Made by a program: the position numbers and the translations under genes. This document shows, in pieces, positions 1-10,720 of a stretch of 33,976 nt of DNA (its first letter is position 1; each line of letters begins with the position of its first letter). Where the stretch lies: assembly GCF_001194135.2 (NCBI RefSeq), contig NC_068993.1:29797569-29831544 (forward strand), given 5' to 3'. Below the pieces are notes generated by a model. The model was not told the DNA's origin. It searched no databases and saw only the letters and a program-made list of their open reading frames with translations. This DNA comes from Octopus bimaculoides. Its lineage: Eukaryota.

Positions 1-58
1 GCACAGAGCTGCGCTCGGTAGTGAAGTGAAAGCACGTTATAAAAATAAAACTACTGAA
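1..58 (+). mobile_element. 3' end of R4/Dong-like LINE (family B) followed by (AAT)n tail
   Basis: Near-identical to 12244-12300, the 3' UTR of the copy whose ORF end reads IQKIALLGTVHILRKTLSIQ*; runs into (AAT)n at 59-110. Confidence 0.75.
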
Positions 59-59
59 C

Positions 60-111
<52 letters not shown>

Positions 112-150
112 GTTATTATTATTATTATTATTATTATTATCATTATTGTT
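59..150. repeat. (AAT)n tract followed by inverted (ATT)n tract
   Basis: Direct reading; these are tails of two tail-to-tail LINE 3' ends. Confidence 0.95.
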
Positions 151-345
151 ATTTTATGTTTGACTTTTGCTTTGCATTTGTACAAGTTGACTCCAAGTCT
201 CACCCAGAGACCTTAAGAGACAAGTTAGAAGTTCAGGTTGATGTTATGCTTAGGGTGCCATATATTTGGTTTTGTACATAGTGTTGTTCTAGAGAATGTT
301 TAAGAAACCATAAGAAAATTGTGTTTGTTTTAAACTTTGTTTTTG
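142..345 (-). mobile_element. 3' UTR fragment of an R4/Dong-like LINE (family C)
   Basis: Minus strand ends AAGTCAAACATAAAATAA then AAT repeats, identical to 12013-12030; carries a GTCTC-tgggt-GAGAC stem-loop like the other Dong 3' UTRs. Family assignment is inference. Confidence 0.55.
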
Positions 346-348
346 TTT

Positions 349-389
349 TTGTTTATTATTATTATTATTATTGTTGTTGTTTTTGTTAA

Positions 390-458
<69 letters not shown>

Positions 459-478
459 CAGTATCATTATTATCATTT
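349..478. repeat. (ATT)n microsatellite
   Basis: Direct reading. Confidence 0.95.
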
Positions 479-688
479 TGAATTTTTGCCACAACAGCAG
501 CTTGGGGAGGTGAGAATGAATCAATTACATCGACCCCAGTGTTCAACTCGTGCTTATTTTATCCTTTCCAATAGGATGAAAGGCAAAGTTGATCTCGGCG
601 GAATTTGAACTCAGAACGTCGTAGCGACGGGGCGAAATGCCGCTAAGCATTTCGTCCAGCGTGCTAACGATTCTGCCAGCTCACTGCC

Positions 689-689
<1 letters not shown>
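479..689 (-). mobile_element. tRNA-derived SINE (octopus-type), flanked by TAA-type repeats
   Basis: Minus strand GGCAGTGAGCTGGCAGAATCGTTAG (A-box-like) ... GAGTTCAAATTCC (B-box-like), then CTTTGCCTTTCATCC...GATAAAATAAGCAC, resembling the Meta-type SINE core (inference). Confidence 0.8.
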
Positions 690-762
<73 letters not shown>

Positions 763-767
763 AATAG
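690..767. repeat. (AAT)n microsatellite
   Basis: Direct reading. Confidence 0.95.
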
Positions 768-825
768 TGGCTCCCATGGCTTCTAATCTTAACTGATCGT
801 AAGTGTTATCATGCACATTGACAGC

Positions 826-3800
826 ACTTACCTTTTCAAGTGAAACTTGAAAAGTCGATGAGGGTTTTGCCAAAGAGGAATATTTCTGTGTTTATTTCTT
901 TCAGCCTCGTCCACCAGATAGCCTCTTTTTCCACAGCCACTAGACAAACGAAAACTGCCTTGCTAGTCCGGTTAAAGGAGGGTGGGGGCGATCATCATTA
1001 TGGACTCGGCTGACAGACGGATCTGTCCTACACAACTCCACAAGTCAGCAATGCTCGGACACTAAACGAGTGCATGCAGAACGGTTTCGTCACTCTGCGA
1101 GCACCTCGGACAAGCTGTGCCTGTAGAGTTTGTCTCGAACCGGTAGCCACCTGCCCTAGCTGTATCACTGTCAGGCCAAAGACATCTGGAAATTATCCAT
1201 AACAATCCCCGACCGTAAAGTCCTCCAGAATAGACTTGCCAGTTCGTCTTTGTCGACGCTTAGGGTCTCCCCGATGACGCCGTCGCACTTCCCCGCTACT
1301 AATCTTCTGTAAATATTTAAAGTGGAACATCCACTGATCCTTTTGCCCGACTTGAGCGCCTGACAGCATTCTAAGTCCCAGGCGCGCAGTCTCGGCCTCT
1401 CCTTCTAGAAATCGCTGCTGGTGGTGCAACTTGAGTGCGTGTTTGTGCATTAAAAATCATGGTATGCCCAAGCCGCTACGCAAAGGAGGTTGGCAGCAGA
1501 CCGACAGCTTGACCATTGGAACGCGTCCTTTCCACAAGAAAATAAATAGGATATGCTCCAATCTAATCAAGCAGTAACTGGGGAAGGCACGATAGAGGCG
1601 ATGTAGGCATTCGCCACCTCTGCCCGACCTTTCAGGGACAACTTCCTCTCGGCCCATTTCTGGGCAAGTGAGGTCACCCTGTTCGTCATCTCTTCCCTAT
1701 TCTTATCTACCTGGAGGTCGGGACCAAACCAGACACCGAGCAGTTTAACTGGCCCGTCAGTCCAGCGTCCGACGACGCCGACCAACGGCATCGATCTGCC
1801 ATCCCAGGTACCTAGTTGCAACCCCACCGACTTATCAGCATTGATTTCAGCCCCTACAACCGACTCATATTCTTTTACAAAGAAGCTGACCGTCTCCAGT
1901 TCGGANNNNNNNNNNNNNNNNNNNNNNNNNNNNNNNNNNNNNNNNNNNNNNNNNNNNNNNNNNNNNNNNNNNNNNNNNNNNNNNNNNNNNNNNNNNNNNN
2001 NNNNNNNNNNNNNNNNNNNNNNNNNNNNNNNNNNNNNNNNNNNNNNNNNNNNNNNNNNNNNNNNNNNNNNNNNNNNNNNNNNNNNNNNNNNNNNNNNNNN
2101 NNNNNNNNNNNNNNNNNNNNNNNNNNNNNNNNNNNNNNNNNNNNNNNNNNNNNNNNNNNNNNNNNNNNNNNNNNNNNNNNNNNNNNNNNNNNNNNNNNNN
2201 NNNNNNNNNNNNNNNNNNNNNNNNNNNNNNNNNNNNNNNNNNNNNNNNNNNNNNNNNNNNNNNNNNNNNNNNNNNNNNNNNNNNNNNNNNNNNNNNNNNN
2301 NNNNNNNNNNNNNNNNNNNNNNNNNNNNNNNNNNNNNNNNNNNNNNNNNNNNNNNNNNNNNNNNNNNNNNNNNNNNNNNNNNNNNNNNNNNNNNNNNNNN
2401 NNNNNNNNNNNNNNNNNNNNNNNNNNNNNNNNNNNNNNNNNNNNNNNNNNNNNNNNNNNNNNNNNNNNNNNNNNNNNNNNNNNNNNNNNNNNNNNNNNNN
2501 NNNNNNNNNNNNNNNNNNNNNNNNNNNNNNNNNNNNNNNNNNNNNNNNNNNNNNNNNNNNNNNNNNNNNNNNNNNNNNNNNNNNNNNNNNNNNNNNNNNN
2601 NNNNNNNNNNNNNNNNNNNNNNNNNNNNNNNNNNNNNNNNNNNNNNNNNNCGTCTAGGTAGGAAGTAAAGTTCGCTGTCGTCGTTGACCCATCACCCTCC
2701 CCAAACAGCCGCGCAAAGTGCTGCAGGAAAGCTGCACACATCTGCTCAGAACCGAGTAACACACGTCCGTCTTGATTCGTCAAAGACTTGATCGTGATTT
2801 TGTTTCCATGTCGTATCTCTACTGTTCGGGCCCATCGGATGGCTTTAGTTCCATCGTGTTTTAACGCACGAACCTTAGCTCTGACAACGCACCCTTCGTG
2901 TTTCGCCTCAAAGAAATGGTCAAGGACCATTCTCGCCGCTAGCACATCGGTTGCACTTCTAGTTTGCTAACTAGTTCTCCCTCTAATCTATTTCTTTCTA
3001 TAGCTAGATCTTTGCTAAATGCTATCGATTCTACTCTAATTGCTTTCTTCAAAGCAATCCACAAACGGTTGTTAACAATAGCCCCCGTGAACTTCTGCTT
3101 AACTAGTTCACTAATCTGGTCCTTGTAGTCTTTGCGAGCCGATAAGGACGCATTCAATTTCCAGTAACCGGGTCCCTCTCTACGAGTCCTATCTAAATCG
3201 ACTGAGCATATCACAAATTAGTGATCTTTAGCCGACCAATTTAAATTGTGGACAATCTATGCTACCCCAATCCCTTGACCAAACAAATACTCTATCTAAA
3301 TATGATTTGGATGACCCGCTGTGATTGTTCTATGTCCACACTGGTACATCAGGGAAATCCAGTTTGTATCTGTCAGAAAGCTGGAAAGTCCTGAGCAAGT
3401 TTTCGAGGCTTTTACATCCCCTTCTACTATGTACTAAACCCACACAACCCTTCCGTGCGTCTAAAATACTATTCCAGCCCCCTACTATTATTAAAGTGCG
3501 AGACGTTCTCAAGAATGTTTCTAGAGGTCTGAAGAAATCTGGCCTTCCAGTCCCAGACGGAGCAAAAACCACCACCAGTCTAAAGGCACCACCTTCGCTG
3601 CCATTCACGTCCAGGACCATCACCCTACCGTCCGTATCCAGGATGACAGACAGTACTTGGAGATCTAAGAATTTCCGGAGTAGCACTGCTACACCACCAC
3701 CCGCTCCCGACAGACCACAAGATGGGAATACCTCGAAGTCCTCGAAAATGTATGCTAGAGCGTGTTTTCTGGAGATTCTTGTTTCACTAATGGCAGCCAC

Positions 3801-3899
3801 ATCCAAATCAGGTGACATGAGATCATTGAGCAAGCGACCTTACTATCAAGCTGATCCTAGGCCACACACAATCACACACCCCATTCTCAGCACAGCCAT
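826..3899 (-). mobile_element. Tx1/L1-clade LINE ORF2 (APE endonuclease + RT + CCHC), pseudogenised; part of the RT lies in the N-gap; 3' truncated
   Basis: Start ATGGCTGTG at 3899; EEP motifs DVAAISET, GGGVAVLL, IIVGGWNSILD; GPGYWKLNASL; RT thumb VKLLGVWFGPDL; CPRCSQSDETVLHALVxC; IWWTRLK; ends near FKFHLKR at about 830. Many stops and frameshifts. Confidence 0.9.
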
Positions 3900-4020
3900 G
3901 CTAATCGGAGAAAGAAAATGAGGTTACTTATCTTGATTTTCGAGACGCTCGGAAGTTCCGGGCCTCTCTACAGGCGAAAATATTTTTAATAGGCCCTTCC
4001 AACAGCCTTTTATCAATAGA

Positions 4021-5345
4021 TTATTTTAAAATCCCCACACTACCTGAGAATTCTTCTATTATAGTTTTATAAACGTCTGACAACGTTTTAATTAAAAGTC
4101 TGTACTTGGGGACTTTGGGGATGAAATTTTGAAATTCCTTTCCCTCTGTTTCTATTTTGTTTTTGTTTTGACTTACAAAATCCATCAATTCACTGTTACA
4201 CTCGTTCACAACTGAAATTGATGGATACATTTCGTCTACAGTCTGAGGAATATTTTTGAAGTTCTGTAATTGGTTGTTTCTGTGATTTCATGCTGTTGAT
4301 GATATTGCTGTTTTTGAAGTTGTTGATCTTGTTCTTGTTGTAGTGGTTGTGAATTGTGTTGCAGTTGTGGTTTCAGAATAAGTTTTTGTTGATTTCTTGG
4401 AGTAGGGCTATGTACTCTCCACCTCTTTCGCCTACCCCTTTTGTCACTGTGATCCATTGATCGTTCAGCTCTTCCTTCTGCATGTCATTGCAGTTGGTGT
4501 TGGTTTCAGGAGAAGCTTGCTTTCCGTAACAACTGGGAGTAGACTCCTTCTTTGTCTTGGTTCGGGAGTGTGTGAGGGTGTGGGAGTAGGTGTAGGAGTC
4601 TTGAGAACTTGTTTATGGTTTTGCACTTGTGGTGTTTGTAATGTGGTGTTTGTAATGTTGGCAGCAGTAGGACTTTATTTTTCCTTGTTTCAGGGCAGAA
4701 AGCTTTTAAGTGATTTACAGGCCTACATTTGTGGCATCTTAGCTTTCTACTCTCCGCGAACACTGACAAGTGAGTACCATCCGAGAGATCGCTTAGATCG
4801 GGTAGCTGGTCGATATGGCCCTGCTTGTATTGCATGGTCAGTTCCATACTTGCTTCTTCTTCCGTCCCAAATCTCACCTCGTGTGGTGTGGATCTTTTGT
4901 TCCCACACGCGCCCAAGGCATTTTTGTACTTCGCTCTCAGGAGCATTTTCCACCCGCAGAGACTTGACTCCGATGCAACGGTATGTTACCGTGCATCTTG
5001 CGATATTTTCTTACACGTCGGATGGTTGAGAACTACCCATCTCCCATCTCTTTTTACAATTTTTCTTGCCAATTTTAATTCTTTATCTCTGGGGAAACTT
5101 TCCATATTTCCCACCACAGACACAAAAGACGCAAAAGATGCAGAGGCGATATTTGCGTTTTTATGTATCATTTTTTCGTGCTGTTGTTATTCTCGTTGTC
5201 GACATCGAATGTTCTGACGTCGCTTGGAGACGAAACATTTTTCACCTCGCTGACACCATTAAGTTTAGGCCATTCGATATTCATATCCAATTCTTTTCTC
5301 GTTCTCAATTTCTCCCGACAAGGAACGCGTTCCTTTGTCGAACAT
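4021..5345 (-). mobile_element. Decayed gag-like ORF1 with CCHC zinc knuckle plus 5' region, probably of the same Tx1-like LINE
   Basis: CHKCRPVNHLKAFC fits CX2CX4HX4C; same strand and about 120 bp upstream of ORF2; broken into several frames. Confidence 0.7.
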
Positions 5346-5919
5346 TATGATGGCTTCTTTATCAGCCATTTAAAAATAATTACTGAAAATTGCAAAATAT
5401 TTGTTTTTGCCGAAAGCAGTTAAAATTCAAAAATTATTGAAGCGTACTCTCTGCAAAACAGTGGGTGTTTCTACACAAAAATACTATCTGCGCAGTTCAG
5501 ACAATCTCAGAAATGTAATGGTAGCAATAGAAATGAAAAAACGGGGCATTAGCAGGCCGAAAAGATCACAAACACTTTTGCAACTTACGGAGCGCCAACT
5601 TTCCGTGATGTCACAGTTTGACGGTCATAATAATCTATATATATAAAACAAAAGAAGTCTGTGTGTGTGTCTATGCGTGTAATACGTATGCATTTCTACA
5701 GTTTTCAACCGATTTTCACCAAACGTTAACATCACCTATGTGCAAAGGATGGTCATGCACTTTAAGTTTTTGCCCAGAGCTCCCGCGTAAAGCGAGAAAC
5801 ATGGAAAAAAAGGTGTTTTACACGGGTATTTCTCTAAAAACTGCAGTTTTCAATCGATTCTCTCTTTTTTCTCATTCTCTGTTTCTCTTGCCCTCTGTAA
5901 TAGTTTCTCTCTTTTAGTC

Positions 5920-6062
5920 AGTCATCTTTCCTTTCTTTTTTTTCTTTCTCTCTCTTTCTTTCTTTCGTTCTTTCTTTCTCCCTCTTTTTTCTTTCTTCCC
6001 TTCCTTCCTTCTTTCTTTCTTTATTTCCTTCCTTCCCTTCTTCTTTCTTGCTTTCTGTCCTG

Positions 6063-6105
<43 letters not shown>

Positions 6106-6297
6106 TATTTATTTATTTATTTCGTTCTTTCTTTCATTCTGTCTTCCTCCCTCTTTCTTTCCCTCTTTCTTTTTTTCTTTCTTTCCTTCTTTCCTTGTAT
6201 CTCCCTTTTCTTTCTTTCCTTCCTTCCTTCTTGCCTTCCTTCTTCCTTTCTTTCTTTCTTTCTTTCTTTCTTTATTTATTTATTTATTTATTTCTCC

Positions 6298-6336
<39 letters not shown>

Positions 6337-6402
6337 TTTCTTTCTTTCATTCTTTCTTTTGTTCTTTCCTTCTTTCTTTCTCCCTCCCCCTCCCTCCCTA
6401 CC

Positions 6403-6441
<39 letters not shown>

Positions 6442-6468
6442 CCTTACCCCGTTCTTTCCTTCTATCCC

Positions 6469-6502
<34 letters not shown>

Positions 6503-6536
6503 TTTCTTTCTTTCTTCCTTTCTTTCTTTCTTTCTA
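5920..6536. repeat. Long imperfect (CTTT)n/(CCTT)n pyrimidine tract
   Basis: Direct reading. Confidence 0.95.
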
Positions 6537-6540
6537 TCTG

Positions 6541-6608
6541 TTCGACTAAATGTGGTGCTCTAGAATGGCCACAGTCAAATGACTGAAACAAATAAAAGAA
6601 TAAAAGAC
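6541..6608 (+). mobile_element. 3' tail fragment of the abundant SINE family
   Basis: CGACTAAATGTGGTGCTCTAGAATGGCCACAGTCAAATGACTGAAACAAATAAAAGA matches the ends of the SINEs at 17630-17703 and 27880-27956. Confidence 0.8.
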
Positions 6609-6647
6609 TTTGCCATTTTAATCCTGTGCAAGGCTCGATATCTCTGC

Positions 6648-6650
<3 letters not shown>

Positions 6651-6709
<59 letters not shown>

Positions 6710-6729
6710 ACAACAACAACAACAACAAC

Positions 6730-6790
<61 letters not shown>
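6651..6790. repeat. Compound microsatellite (TAG)n-(AAC)n-(AAT)n
   Basis: Direct reading. Confidence 0.95.
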
Positions 6791-6792
<2 letters not shown>

Positions 6793-7649
6793 CTAATCTG
6801 TGCTGCCCAAGAGCAAGCACTAAGAACAAACTATATAAAATACAGAGTAGACAACACATCAGAAGTGATAAGTGCAGAATCTTTGGACAAAATGCTGAAA
6901 CCGTATGGCGTATTACCAGCCAATGTACACCACTAGCCCAGAGGAATATGAGAGACGCCACGACAATATAGCAAGGCTTCTCCATTGGACACTTTGCAAC
7001 AAGTATGGACTTTATTTACATTATTTACATTTGATGGATATTTGTCCTCATCTTGTTTGTTGTTAACAAACAAGATGAGGACAAATATCCGTCAAATGTA
7101 AATGATGTAAATAATGAACATAATTCCTCATCCATTAAATATTGAACAAGTATGGACTTGACAGAGCAAAAAATTGGTACGACCACAAACATCGAAAATG
7201 ATAATGCAAAGATCCTGTGGGATTTTATGATTCAGGGCGACCATGAGATTGAGAATAGGAAGCCGGACATAGTCTTAATTGAGAAAGAAAACAAAATATG
7301 CTGGATCATAGATATAACATACCCAGCGGACAACAAGGTATGCAATAAGGAAGAAAGTCGACAGGTATGACAGGTTACCTTGGGAGGTAAAGCAGTAGTG
7401 GTCGATGAAAAAGGTGGTAGTGGTACAATAATTGTCGGGGCCCTGGGAACAGTGAGTAAAAATCTCGAGAAGTACATGGAATAAATAGGGGCTGCAATAA
7501 GGGTGGAGCACTTGCAGAAAACAGCACTGCTTGGAACCGCTCGTGTACTCTGGAAGGTGCTCAAAAAATAAGAGGTGTTACCTTAGTTCACTGGAAGTGA
7601 ACAGTTGACACCGGAGTACATCTCCAGCGTTAGAAGCTGTGAAAAGGCA
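6791..7649 (+). mobile_element. 5'-truncated R4/Dong-like LINE (family A), inserted in AAT repeat
   Basis: Highly similar to 9295-10014; CCHC/RHD region, RLE motif RKPDIVLI...IIDI; (AAT)n upstream and (AAC)/(AAT) tail downstream. Confidence 0.9.
7013..7144. other. 132-bp insertion containing a 50-bp-stem hairpin, flanked by a 15-bp direct repeat
   Basis: AACAAGTATGGACTT at 6998-7012 and 7145-7159; arms 7012-7061 and 7065-7114; absent from the sister copy at 9506-9525. Confidence 0.9.
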
Positions 7650-7666
7650 CAACAACAACAACAATG

Positions 7667-7698
<32 letters not shown>

Positions 7699-7798
7699 NN
7701 NNNNNNNNNNNNNNNNNNNNNNNNNNNNNNNNNNNNNNNNNNNNNNNNNNNNNNNNNNNNNNNNNNNNNNNNNNNNNNNNNNNNNNNNNNNNNNNNNN

Positions 7799-10014
7799 AA
7801 ATTACAGATTAAATAATACCGGTATTATTCCACCCAAGAATAACAACCGAAAAGTGCGTACTGTAAGCTTGTTACGCAAAAAGTACGAAGATCTGAACGT
7901 GCAAAATAATCTGACAAGAGAAATGAACGGACCGGTACCCTACGAAAACGATGACCGTCAAAATAAAGGGTCGGATGTTGTCCCTCATGTCCCGCAAACA
8001 AAACCAAAACGGCATAAATGGACACGTGAGGAATACATTTCGATCCTACACGCCATTTTACAGCAGTGCTCTATCCAAAAAACGAAAACACAACAACACA
8101 TACATATAAAATATGGAAGAAAAATAATCTAAATAAAGACCTCGATAAAACAATGAACCCTAACAAACTAGCTAACATAAGAAGATATATTCTAAAAGCA
8201 AAAAAAATATCAGAAATAGAAATAGAACAATTGAAAGGGAAAATACATCAGGAAAATCTAGATAGTAGTCGAATGTTGAGCGATTGCTTGGAAAAAGTAT
8301 GGCGAATTGGAGGACGGACGTGACAGCATACGGAAGAAGTTTAGGGGCAGTAAAAATTAGGAGAGGGACATCTTCCAAGGTGACTGTCTGTCTCCACTGA
8401 TCTTTGTACTGTGCTTGATATCACTAACACTGAATCCGAGGAAAGCAAAAGCTGGATGTGTATTCAAAACCCGCCAACAAAACGTCAACCATTTGTTATT
8501 CATGGATGACCTCAAACTTCATGGTAAAGATGAATCCCAAGTCAGTTCCCTCGTTGATACGGTGTATACTTTCAGTGCTGCTATCAGAATGGAGTTCGGA
8601 CTTCGAAAGTGTGGTGTGTTAGTCTTGAAGAGAGGCAAAATCAAATGTATGGACGGACTAACGATACCGTAGGGGGAGGTTATGAAGCAGATAGAAGAGA
8701 TGGGCTATAAGTACTTGGGGATTTTGGAAATGGAGAAATCGATGGAGAAAGAAATGAGAGAAAAATTTAAGGTGGAATACTTGCGCAGACTGAGACTGAT
8801 CCTTAAGTCGAAATTAAACGGATGGAATAAGATCGAAGCTATCAACGCCTGCACAGTTTCACTCCTTAGATATGGAACAGGGGTAATAACATAGACAGTA
8901 GACGAAGTAAACAGCTTAGAGAGGAAGATAAGGAAGTTGCTAACTAGATATGGGTCACTCCATCCAAAGAATGACACAGACAGACTGTATGTACCAAGAA
9001 AAAGAGGGGGAAGAGGACTGATTGGATGCGAACACAGCATTAGAGCAGAAGAAAACAACATAGCATGGTATGTAAAAAATGCCACAGAACCGCTATTATT
9101 AGAAGAAGTTCAGGCTTGTGTAGGATGAAAGATTGCAAAGATAAAGCGCTATACAAGCAATTGAAAACGAATGAAACTGAAAATAGGTGGGTAAAGAAAA
9201 GAATGCATGGTCAATTTCATAGAGATGTCAAAGATAAGAAAGAGAAAAAAGATGGCTGTGGATGACTAAAAGTGATTTAAAACCGGAAATGGAGGCTCTA
9301 ATCTGTGCTGCACAAGAGCAAGCACTAAGAACAAACTACATAAAATACAGAGTAAACAACACAGCAGAAAGTGATAAGTACAGAATCTGTGCACAAAACG
9401 GTGAAACAGTATGGCATATTACCAGCCAATGTACGCTAGTAGCCCAGAAAGAATATAAGAGACGCCATGACAATGTAGCCAGGCTCGTCCATTGGACATT
9501 TTGCAACAAGTATGGACTTGACAGAGCAAAAAATTGGTACGACCACAAACCTAAAGGCATTGTCGAAAATAGAAATGCAAAAATCCTATGGGATTTTATG
9601 ATCCAGAGCGACCATGAGATTGAGAATAGGAAGCCGGACATAGTCTTAATTTAGAAAGAAAACAAACGATGCTGGATCATTGACATAGCATGCCCAGTTG
9701 ACAACAAGGTACGCTATAAAGAAGAAAGAAATGTCGAGAGATATGACAGGTTAGCTTGGGAAGTTAAGCAGTTGTGGTCGAGGAAAAAGGTAGCATAATT
9801 GTCGGAACCCTGGGAACAGTGAGTAAAAATCTCGAGAAGTACATGGAACAAATAGGGCTGCAATAAGGGTGGAGCACTTGCAGAAAACAGCACTGCTTGG
9901 AACTGCTCGAATACTCCGGAAGGTGCTCAAAAAATAAGAGGTGTTACCTTAGTTCACTGGTAGTGAACAGCTGACACTGTAGTACATCTCCAGCGTTAGA
10001 AGCTGTGCAATGGC
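7799..10014 (+). mobile_element. R4/Dong-like non-LTR retrotransposon (family A), internally deleted and pseudogenised
   Basis: N-terminal KRHKWTREEY (Myb-like); RT motifs FQGDCLSPLIF, HLLFMDDLKL, YKYLGI; RLYVPRKRGGRGL; CCHC-derived YRICAQNGETVWHITSQC; RRHDNVA; RKPDIVLI; stop at 9937, 3' UTR and AAC/AAT tail. Confidence 0.92.
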
Positions 10015-10025
10015 AACAACAACAA

Positions 10026-10060
<35 letters not shown>

Positions 10061-10095
10061 ACGACGACAACAACAGTAACAACAACAACAACAAC

Positions 10096-10152
<57 letters not shown>
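10015..10152. repeat. Compound (AAC)/(AGC)/(AAT) tail microsatellite
   Basis: Direct reading. Confidence 0.9.
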
Positions 10153-10154
<2 letters not shown>

Positions 10155-10155
<1 letters not shown>

Positions 10156-10638
10156 CTTGACCGGGTTTTCAATACTCTCCATGGAATATGCACCACGCGC
10201 AATGATAACAGGGCAATTAAAAACTATGGTACCAATACGGACAGTGACCATATCGGCAACAACACAAAAATGAAAATAAAAATAAAGACAAAAGTTCTTC
10301 ACTCAAATCCCAAACTAATTATAGGGATAAGAAGCATAGCGTACACAAAGGTAAAAATGGAAATAAACGTGACATAACATGGTACATCCCTTCCTTCAAT
10401 TACATACTAGATACTAATATAAGTGGGAAATTATTTAGTATAATAAAGCACAACTCCCCCCTCCTCTTCACACAAGTATTATCATTTATTCTCCCGTAGA
10501 AATGTTAGGGGTCTCCTACTCAACACTCCCTAATCTGGATACAATTATAGCTGGCCTGAATAAGAAACACATATCCATCGCCCGGAGTTGTAATAATATC
10601 CCTAGCAGCACCGCTCCTATTAGGAGCAGCACCGCTCC

Positions 10639-10689
<51 letters not shown>

Positions 10690-10720
10690 CAGCAACACCA
10701 AGGATGATGCTGATTAATTA
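10155..10720 (+). mobile_element. Penelope-like element fragment: RT thumb C-terminus running into a poly-Asn linker
   Basis: DITWYIPSFN...TNISGKLFSIIKH...HKYYHLF and VSYSTLPNLDTIIAGLNKK match the PLE WFNPP...VKVSYSCxPN...HNKK block also seen at 21013-21195. Confidence 0.7.

Larger units (their letters stand above)
5634..6650 (+). mobile_element. Non-autonomous Helitron
   Basis: 5' A|TCTATATATATAAAAC; 3' CCTGTGCAAGGCTCGATATCTCTGCTAG|T (decayed subterminal hairpin and CTAG); A/T insertion site matches Helitron rules. Confidence 0.65.

Noticed and set aside
832-854. 10-bp hairpin CTTTTCAAGT-gaa-ACTTGAAAAG
   Set aside because: Falls in the Tx1 ORF2 codons (FKFHLK); probably coincidental.
289-873. 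Poly-N/I/Y/L ORFs here and at 6647-6985, 9949-10302, 15745-16008, 25337-25908 and 27247-27915
   Set aside because: Translations of microsatellites with no coding context. The exceptions in PLE linkers are treated as findings.
1816-2945. Long ORFs full of X (also 11178-12116, 19989-21131, 23100-24210)
   Set aside because: Artefacts of N-gaps; only the flanking parts were interpreted.
6048-6591. F/L/S-rich and K/E/R-rich ORFs
   Set aside because: Translations of the (CTTT)n tract.
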